The notes under the pieces were generated by a model, which worked only from the letters and a program-made list of their open reading frames with translations, searched no databases and was not told where the DNA came from. A DNA stretch of 60,499 nucleotides from contig NW_018408743.1 of assembly GCF_002113885.1 (NCBI RefSeq), positions 943,516 through 1,004,014 of the forward strand, given 5' to 3'. This document shows, piece by piece, positions 50,784 through 60,499 of this stretch (within the stretch, counting starts at the first letter, position 1; each line of letters begins with the position of its first letter). This DNA is from Mizuhopecten yessoensis. Its lineage: Eukaryota. Made by a program: the position numbers and the translations under genes.

Positions 50784-53700
50784 TTTATGCAGCAAATGAC
50801 AAGCAGTGCTAGTGTCTGTCCCCTTTCAAGTGATGGAGTGGCTGTAACCTCTCTGATCCCGCCATCAACCTCTTTAGGACGAGCCTTCAATCGGCCTCAA
50901 TAGTCTCTCGTCGGCCTTTGATGGTTCCTGAGGAGCGTTGGAGCTGGGCACACAGTATAAACATCTCCCTGTACACTGTACCTGCTGTAAAACAGTTCCT
51001 AGAAATCTGTCGAGGCTATTCAAGCTATTGTCTGTATGATTCCCCCTGAGACCCTAAATTGATTTACAAAATAGGATACTTTTGATAATTTCATCCCTCT
51101 GAATTTTTTTTTTCAAGACTTAACAGTTTTTTTTCATTTTTTCTTTTTTAGATTTGAATGTTTGTTCAGATTTGTAAATATAAAAAGTTTCAAATTGCTT
51201 TAGAAGGAGAGGAAACTAAATTGGATTGGCAACTGAATATAAAATCTCTTTATAAATTATGAAACAAGGGAGATAACCTCAAGAATAAATTTGGGGGAAA
51301 ATGGTAACATGTGATTTTTCACAGTTTAAAAATTCTAAATGTTTTTTCAAAAGGTGTGTTTATTAAATGAAATTCAGAAACTTTAAGAGATCATTGAAAT
51401 GATAAATTGGCTAAAAATTAACAGAGATTTGTTTGATCTGAACATGGTATTTAAATACAATAACTGCTAAAACAGTATGAACTTGTTAAACAACTAAGAC
51501 ATAAATTCAAATCTGAAAGCTAAAGACCTGTGACCTCCATAAAGATCATATTTTAAAATATGTCTTGATTAATAATCATAAGTTGAAACCTGAATTAAGT
51601 ATAAAACTCTTAATATTATTTTTAATCACACCTTAGATGGCTTTTGGGTCCACTCACTAGGGCTTCAAAATAACATTTTTAACATGAAATTGGAAATTAT
51701 TATTTATGATGATATCATTGCTTTCTTTGAAATCAAGTAAAGGGAAAGTTAAAATACATCATACTAAATTGGTCCAAAACAGATTGGTTTGGTACACTGC
51801 CTTTAAAGTATATTTATATTTTATATATACTGCCGTCGACAGTACCATTTGAGGTACACTGCCCCAGACAGTAAAAGTATAGGTAACCTATTCAATTTAC
51901 ATAACATTACAATTGGCCAGGGTTTCAAAGGTTCCTTGTTATTCCTAGTTAGTTAGATTGATGGATTTCAATTAGAAAAGTTGATGTATGATGTCACCGT
52001 GCATGCTGAAATGGTAATGGGGCAGGTTTAACCATGGCGATACACACAGGTGTGTATAAATCATGTTAAAGAGGTTTACAGGTATGAAGATGTCAGTCCC
52101 TAACCTTCCCACTTCCTCCTCTTAGCCTCACTTTGATGTATGACTGTTTAGGGACCAGTCTCTTAGCTACATTTGCATACGGTAATGAGGAATTCTTTTG
52201 GATATCAAAGTTCAAAGGTCAAGCATCCATCCTCATAGGGTTGGTAGTACTTTCTATCTTATAACAACACTTAGAATCAACAAAGTTCAGATTCACAGAA
52301 ACACTTTGAATAAAAAAACACCAGTTTTACTGAAATACTTGAAATCAACGAACCTCAGATTTAGAGAAAAAACTTGGAATCATCAAAACTTTAAAGAAAG
52401 ACCTGGAATTATCAAAAACACAATTCACAGAAATAATTACCTTAATTAGATCCACATCACAAATCAACTTAAAGGGATGCATTGTCACAGAAACAGAACA
52501 ATTAAAATATAAAACATTCAAATAGTTGATAAGCATTTTCAAAATATTTGACCAAATTACGAAATACAGAAAAATTCTTGAATCTAGGTATTGATTCCCT
52601 ACTCACCAATTGACTGTTCCATATTCCGCTGACGTTTGTAGGAAGGAAGTCCCAACATTACAAACGTCCCTGTGACTCTGATCAGTTGAAAAAGACCGGC
52701 TGCAATCTGCTACATACACCCCAGAAATTGGTGCACAAACCAATAAGCCTCAATACAGTTCTGAGTATTTCCACTCACAGTCACACAAAATGACTTCATC
52801 AAATTACATCATACATGAGAAATGAAAACAAAAGAGAGTGTTTTCTTGATTTCTGCCTCAGTCATCCACGTTCCCAGTGGTGGTACCCGCCACACCCGGT
52901 CACAACCATATGACTAAACGTGTATAAAACAATGCCTCGTTTGTTTAACACAATTTCACATCATCATGTTACCATATTTGAATCATTACATATCTCATGT
53001 TTTTTTTTTAATTTTTCTGTTGCACAACAATACAGAGTTTAAATTTGACTTGAAAAGAAACTTGAATGGGTAAAAACAGCTGAATTGATTTGTCAGAGAG
53101 TATATCATGGCCGTTAGATATTTTGTCCTAAACCCGATCTGGGCACAGTTATACTAATCCTTTGATATAAATAGGCAAAGCGTTTAGCACTCTATTGATT
53201 CTGAGCCTCAGATTTCAGCGTAAAATTTAAAAATACCAGGTGGAGGTAAATCAATTCTGAAACGCATTCCATGATAATGCAAATGTTTTAAAGTCGGCTG
53301 CCAATAACATGACTTGTAAATTGTAGTCCTGAAACTATGTTGAAATAACATATTAGATGACTGATGCATTCAAGTATTGGTTAGACCTACTGTTTCACCA
53401 AGGTCAACAACGATCAGCATATGACCTTGACTTTTATATTCCATTTTAATCAATTTAAATAACTTCAGATACATGCATATATGTAAGTGTTTTTTTGTTT
53501 TTTTTAATCTCTATCTCATTATTAAACCAACTGTTAATCAATAATATGTTAAAATAAATTTTCCTTGAAGAACAAATTATCATTCATTTTTATTAATAAC
53601 ATTTCATCAAAACCCTTGCTGAACAAACATGAATGATACTTTTATTGAAATATTTGCTTTAAAATATATTGAAAATATAAAACATAACTTTGCACCTGCA

Positions 53701-56700
53701 TTTAAAAGATATGAACATTCCATTGTTTGAAATGCAGGGCAGTTTATTTTTTTTTAATGTAAAAGAAACAAACATCTTTTGAAATCATCACATAATTTAG
53801 CAACACAAAAATATCACACGTTTGATGACAAGTGTTTTAAAAACTTTTTCGTTCATTTTGACATAAATCAACAAAGCAGCAGGTGACGAGATAACCTCTT
53901 TTTGAGATTTTACTAGGTCAAGTTCCTCGGGATTCCTGACTCAGTGTGATCGCTGGCCACAAGCAGGTGTATGATACACAAAATGGCCAGAGCCCGATGT
54001 TCGTTGTCCCCCTAATAGTGTGTAACGTCAGGAAATCATCCATCCAACACTCCTTATAAAGTTTATTTCTATTGTGTCTGAAAGGTCAAGGTCAAATACA
54101 ATGCCACCCATCGGTATATTTGGCATAAAAGTCAACCTTATGATAAAATACAAACAAGTTTCTTATTTGAAGTTTACAGTTAAAATATTTTTCTGTGAGA
54201 AAACTTTTTCAAAAATATCTAAACGAAAAAAATATAACTTGAAGCCTTGTTATCGATGTAATGTGTTGTGCGTTACAGCCATTACCTAGTGCGAGTCAAG
54301 ATGCACCTAGAATAAAACTATTAATTATTCAAGACTAAGTTTTATATAGTCTTTATAAGACTGCGGAACATGTTTTGATAATGAATTTGCTTAATGAAAA
54401 ATTGATTATTTTAAAGTATTGATTGAAGAATAAGATAACGTTTCACTGGGAGCTTTGTTGTCAATGTGTTGTGTCTTTGAGCTATTATCTAGCTAGATGA
54501 ATCTAGACACACCCAGAATAAAGCCATGAATTACACCTTTTTACTACGGGTATGTTTTGGTCATTAATTTGCACAATACAAAAAAATACTCTAGTATACA
54601 ATAAAATTTGAAATATCTTAACCATGGATATCATTAGATGAGATGATTGGAAATTCTCCGGACAAGTTGGGTATGAAGCTCCCTATATCAGTTCCACGGA
54701 TTACCAGGTTTGACTGGCCCAGCATGCTATACGTTGACGGGATCATACTGTGTCAAAGGTTTTCATTGACTGACAGAACCTGACCTGCATTTAGCCCTAG
54801 CACTTCGGGTAGCCATTGATTTCTAGTGGATGTCTGTCCATCAAGTTAAGCTAAAGATATTCCTTACCTTGAAAAAAATCCCGAAACACATACACAGCAA
54901 CTTAAATCTTCATCTTACATATGAAGTTTCTTTAGTAAGTCCATAGCAAGCTAAGCTTTCATTGGTAGTCCATAGCAAGTTGACATCAATGTTTGTCTTG
55001 ATTCAAACAAAAACATTGATAAAGAGAAAGTAATTCCAAAAGACCTGATGCCACACAGCCACGAGAAGTGAGTCCTTTATTACCTGTCTCGCGTAACACT
55101 CTTTATGGCTCAATGACCAGCAAAGTTAATATGAGAAAGATGAATTTGATCACGATATCTTGTATAAAAATCTGAAGCCAGGTTCTTTAATAGCTTCAAA
55201 ATGGCTTGATCAATTCAAAGCTAACTATAAGCTACTGAATTTTTGTCATTGGTGAAAGTGAACTGTGAAAAAATAGATATGGGCCCAAAGTCCTTGGGTT
55301 CTCGATGAATTATTGTAATTACATTTAATTCAATCAGCAGTCAATTAGGACCTGGTCACATGGACTTTTCGGGCCAAATAATTGATTGTTATTGTCGCTT
55401 TGTCAAACTGTTTGTGCAAACATGGTGGTACAGTATAAAAATGGATGATTCCTTCGTGCGTTTAGAAAAATTACTGTTGGGTTAAAAAATGCCCATCCAA
55501 CAATGGTGCGGGGTTCTGTTGTGTATTTGAATATCGAATTTGTCGGTGGCACCCGCCAGAGGTCGCGAGGTGTATCAGAGGTATTGTTATCATAAACTTG
55601 TGCACTGTTTGTATTTACATGCAAATGTAAGAACACTTAAGCCGTTTATATGTACAACTAGGTTCATCTTCCCCAGAGTTGTCTCCCCTCCCCCCACTCT
55701 TTTACCTGTCAAATAAATTAAAGACACCAAACACCATAACAATGGTGTCAATTATCGACCAATTACTTAAATTTACACAACTTCCCGCCTTTTTTATACA
55801 TGATCCTAATTTCTCAAATCGTCCTCATTCAGACGGGTACAATAGAATTCGGGGCTCGATCCTCGCCCGTATTCTGTATAAATTGCTTTAATTGTGTAAG
55901 TGATATTGGGGGGTGGAGGTAATGTTTGGGCAAAATGACAATTATTGAAGATTTTATTGACCTACATAAGAAAGGTGTATAAAATGTTTCTCTGCCCGAT
56001 GGGCTCTGATCTCCTTTATGGTTCAGCCACGCTTATAGTCAGGACAAAAAATATCATTAAAACTGAACAAAGCTACTGGTTGCAATTACCGGACAACTTT
56101 CAATTAAATAAATTCAGAATTTTTTAGTATTGCTAAGTTATTAAAAGTTCTGTTGCAGCTAATAGCATATTGTACTTTAATGGCACCCAGAGATAGAAAC
56201 AAGATGGAGGCCTTGTTTTTTCCATGTCACTCCAAAGATCCTATCAAAGCATAAGGTTAACTGTCCTACATTTAAGTAATATGTAATTAACACTCAGTCC
56301 CCTTCTACAATAGTAGTTTCTTGATGTAAGTTCATTTTGTTGTTGTTATGAGCTATTGAAATGGTTTCAGTCTACCTAGCTGTACAAAATACCATTATGA
56401 CCTTTGTGAGTGGGGGACAGACCTTACAAAATGTCCAAACTTTTAATTTCCTGTTGCCTTTATCAGAAGTATCATTAATTCTTGACATCTATTTGGAAAT
56501 GAAGTTGTCTGCATTTTTATATTTGATTAATGGCTACACAAGGGACATAGTGTTATGGGGCCTAATGGCTTTGGTAAAATGTCTGAATGTTCAGTTCAGG
56601 ATGGAACTGGACTGTACTTGGTCTGATTGTATTTTAGGATCCTTATCTCTAGATTTAGACGGAGTGACCATCCAGCTATCACCCAGCAGGCCCACAGCAC

Positions 56701-57409
56701 CTGTAATGCTACATAATGAGGTATAATAAGGTTAGCCTCGGGGAGGCCAGCTAATGGACACATAAATCAGACAAATCTGGCCAGAGGCAGTGGTCATCAT
56801 CTCTTTATATCACCTACATTACCCTATCTACTCAGGAGGGGAGGCAACTCTTATTTAACACTCACCAATAAGCTCAGTAGCCATGGTTATCTATTTTTTT
56901 TAACTTGAGTTGACACGACATTCGATTGTAAATGTACACGTTTTTGTCAGTATGAAATAGAATTTGGTATCTTGATTGTATGATACAGCATATCTTTGTA
57001 TAGACTGGATATTGTTTTAGCTAGGAACATGGACAGTACCGTTGGTTGTATAGTTGCCAATTTTCACAACTTTCACATTTATGCAAATTGAGCACATTAC
57101 AAATATATTTCCATTTGATAGCAAGCTTGTGTTCATTGGAGGACAATGTCAAATCATCACTGTTCTTATTCTGTATGTATTAAATGGGCAAGTTAAAGCA
57201 GGAAGAAACATCAATTATTAATTTATTCTAAAATACCCAATTGTTTACTCAACAGCTGATTCATGAAATAAAAACCATGCAAATAAATTTAAAAAAATCT
57301 GAATCACCCCTATAAAGTTAAGAAAGACAAATGAAGAACTAAACCCATTACATGTACTGCCTTCTCCAGTCATGGACATTCAAAGAGATTGACATTAAAA
57401 TCATTCTTA

Positions 57410-57500
57410 TTAACCCTTTCACCCCTTGGTAACTTCGGTAGACTCAACCATACATTTATATGGATGAGTCCATAATGGTCTACAGTGGTGAAAGGGTGTA
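57410..57500 (-). mobile_element. piggyBac-like MITE family A, second copy
   Basis: Aligns without gaps to the reverse complement of 24911-25001 with about 13 mismatches in 91 nt. One TTAA has decayed to TGTA. Confidence 0.85.
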
Positions 57501-57894
57501 GAAGGAAGCAAAGTCACATATGTTGTGTTGGATTATTCAAAACACCAAAAGATTTTTCCAAAAACTCCACTTTACAGTGTATTCTTACAGTGATGTTATT
57601 TTAAATGTTTTCTTTAGCACCAGAGACGTTTTATTGATTCGTGATTTAAACTAGGAATCGGTCTAGACACACCAGCACCAGGTCCCAAGATATCGCTGTC
57701 ATCCGACTTAAAATGACATAATCTGTCTACGATAAACTCGTAACCATGACAACAGGTATCATTTCTCTGTAACCGGCGATAAGAATGGTTGATGCAGAGG
57801 TATCTGAACAAGCTTGATATTCCTTCATCCGAGCAATCTACAAGCTAAATATCATTATGGATCTTTTAAAGATACCATTTGAAGTTTCTTTTAA

Positions 57895-58107
57895 GAGAAT
57901 TTGACCATTTTGCATGAGAGTGGGTTCAGGTCATTCAATTGAAAGAACTTAATTGGTAGCTCTCCATCCCGGCAAAGCTACAATACAAGCATCAATACTA
58001 TATGTCTTATAGATCTGAAGTTGTTAAAAAATTGACACTTAATTGAATGACAACAGATGCTGCACCATCAAATATGATCGCAGGCACTTTGTGCTAGGTG
58101 AATATAA
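57895..58107 (+). mobile_element. Decayed Helentron/HINE-like (bivalve satellite-core type) relic
   Basis: caggtcattcaattgaaagaactt..ggtagctctccatcccggcaaagctaca ... gatgctgcaccatca ... gcactttgtgctaggtgaatataa resembles the recalled core and terminal hairpin of bivalve HINE-type repeats. Confidence 0.4.
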
Positions 58108-58157
58108 ACACACTCTGTCTGTATCTTGACAACGAAAGGCTGTAGAGAGCACACAGC

Positions 58158-58185
58158 AACAACAACAACAACAACAACAACAACA
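58158..58185. repeat. (CAA)n microsatellite
   Basis: About 9 uninterrupted CAA units. Confidence 0.95.
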
Positions 58186-59185
58186 GGCATTGCTCATCAT
58201 CTAGACGAGGTCGTCAGTACTGCCGCTGATGAAAGAAATCCTATAAATTAATTATAGAAAAAAATATGATATCCTTTTAATGTGATGCAATGTCAATATG
58301 CTTTTTAACAATTAAGTGTGTGCCAGCGCTTTGTATGACAGACAGAAATGGTATCTCATTAAGTGTGGTGTTTGACTAGAGTATTCCTCCGACCTGGCTC
58401 CCATTGTGTTACATCTAAGTCATCACACATCTAGGACGAACCAGCACCAATGTTATAATAATAATGACACAGCAAATTCTCCTTCACAGTTATAATACAC
58501 AGAAACAGGTTAATCTAACCTTTTACAAGTCGTCACGGTAACAAGTGCTGTTAAAGTTCCTCATTAGGCAGAGAACTAAAGCTGCCCCACCCTGCTGGGG
58601 CCTAATGGACCCAGCCAGAACAATGGGTGGAGAAGATTAATTGAGACAGAAAAGGAATGATGGAAATTAATGCAATTATTTTAATTACCAAATGTTTTCT
58701 TGTTAACAGGTGCAACAGGTACTAAAGTACCAATTAATGGGAGTCTGGAGGCCTAGTTATGACAGTAGGAAGAGAATTACATTAACAAAGAATTGTTCTT
58801 TTAGGAGTTCTGGAGTCACATTTGTCTAATATATAGCTGTACTCAGAGGCTTCAAGTACAGGGGTTCACTGGGTACATGGGACATCTGACCTTGACTGAG
58901 GTCAAACCAGCAAAGTGTGACTGACATTAACGAAGGTCATGAAAGCTGTTAAAGACTCTGCCTGACCAAGGTCTTGGTCAATGGCAATCAATGACGTGTT
59001 CAGCGGATATCGACTTTGTCATATGTTTTACCAGACTTGCACAAGGTCAATTGGTAGATATATACTGACCTACATGGAGGTCAAAGTCAGTGGAGTCCGA
59101 CAGATGGCCTTAAGGTGTGGCGGAGATAAAAAATTAGGGGCGATACATATATTTTTTTATATAACATTTGCATAAAGGAATTTGT

Positions 59186-59366
59186 AAGTTTAGTCTGGGC
59201 TTAACGGCCTATATAACAACTAGTTTTCATGGTAGGTAAAAGAAATATATAGTCTTCTTCCTGGAAGGATGCCTGTTTTTCAGAGGACTACTTCCCTGCA
59301 TACTGATACTCATTTACACGGCTGGTTAGACTGGAACAACTAAAGTGAAGTACCTTCTTCAGGGCA
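59186..59366 (-). mobile_element. 5'-truncated CORE-type SINE
   Basis: Minus strand tgccctgaagaaggtacttcac..gttccagtctaaccagccgtgtaaatgagtatc resembles the CORE-domain TGCCCTTGGGCAAGGCACTT..CTCCAGTCGACCCAGCTGTAAATGGGTACC. Confidence 0.6.
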
Positions 59367-60281
59367 TTGATGTTTGTATCCCTTTTACAAATCGTAATCT
59401 CAAAATGTAGAAAATTGCACTGACGAATATTTCAAATATATCTGTTACACATTAATTTGTAATTCATTTTCCAAAATTTCCTTCAAATTGATTTAATGCG
59501 TTAACAAACCAAGGTTCTACATTATGGTTAATGTCAACCTTAAGGCATAAATGACATGAGCGTTTGTCACTTGGTTACAGGCCAAAGATTAGGAGTGGCT
59601 AATGTCACATAGGGCATAACCTCCTGTCTTCATTGTCATCAAACATCATTAATTCTAAACGATGTAAAATTAATGCAGAATGAGTTAATAAAAAACCATG
59701 TTATCGCTCCATCTTGAACAGTACATGTTGTTGCCACTCCTTGCAATGAACATCAGCCACCCGCCTGTGTCGACAAAGCTGTCCTGGGAACACTTCTCGT
59801 GACACAAACTCACGGCTGCTAAAAGCCATATTTAAAAATGGATGATTAAGATGCTTTGGAAATATAGATCAAAAGAGTTACTAGAAAAGCACAATGAAAA
59901 ATCGTGAAATCTGCTGTGCTCAGCGATTATGTCAGACCATTATGTGATCACTATTATTATAACAACAGACTACCTTCCCATTCACCTGGCAACAAGCTAC
60001 ATACTGACTTTTTTTAATCACATGATCATATTATGAAAGAGAGGCTGTCCCTTCCTGATTTGGCATTCATAGTTTTAATTGATTACCTGGTTCCTGGAAA
60101 ATAATAAATGTAGGGCTATACAACTTTGTATCATTGCATACACCATGGGACATTTTGTAATGGGATAATTGCTTAAAAAGGTCTATTGTAGCTTTAGTCT
60201 AAAGTCAAATTGCCTGGTTATTTTGACATAGTTTACTTTTAAAATGAAAATATCATCTGCTGTGGCTGTACTCTACTGTTG

Positions 60282-60499
60282 TAGATCTACACCCTACCTA
60301 CACTACCACCACACCTGTGTAGACTTCCCCGGACCTACACTACCACCACACCTGTGTAGACTCCCCCTGATCTACACCCTACCTACACTACCACCCCACC
60401 TGTATAGACTCCCCCTGATCTACACCCTACCTACACTACCACCACACCTGTATAGACTCCCCCTGATCTACACCCTACCTACACTACCACCACACCTGT
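60282..60499 (+). repeat. 48-bp minisatellite running off window end
   Basis: Unit CTCCCCCTGATCTACACCCTACCTACACTACCACCACACCTGTATAGA (starts at 60361, 60409, 60457); one shortened unit. Confidence 0.93.

Noticed and set aside
51044-51057. 14-nt match to miR-125 (ccctgagaccctaa)
   Set aside because: The 3' end diverges and there is no complementary star arm or hairpin.
57044-57055. 12-nt match to let-7 3' half
   Set aside because: Seed absent; no hairpin.

Overview
AT-rich, essentially non-coding animal genomic DNA. The repeat families suggest a bivalve mollusc, possibly scallop-like; this is an inference from recalled SINE/MITE/HINE motifs, not a database match. I could not identify any protein-coding gene, intact tRNA/rRNA, conserved miRNA or CRISPR array. 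The longest ORFs (33361..34005, 33386..33967, 36175..36933) are read-throughs of tandem repeats. The window contains: (i) a CpG-rich first ~10 kb that gives way to CpG-poor DNA; (ii) a dozen or so distinct minisatellite arrays with units of 18-50 bp; (iii) short non-autonomous transposons (two ~90-bp TTAA-flanked MITE families with two copies each, Tc1/mariner-like and Harbinger-like MITEs, Helentron/HINE-like relics) and tRNA-derived SINE fragments; (iv) several isolated exon-like segments with good splice signals on both strands, plus a canonical minus-strand poly(A) site, consistent with lncRNA/UTR exons or a long intron. The most striking observation is a 1.3-kb satellite (43.3-44.6 kb) whose unit carries a near-consensus CTCF motif about 20 times in one orientation. 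Other satellites similarly multiply functional-looking motifs: AATAAA+TGTA, a hairpin-sequestered 5' splice site, and AP-1+CCAAT. No novel system is demonstrable from sequence alone; these are testable leads.
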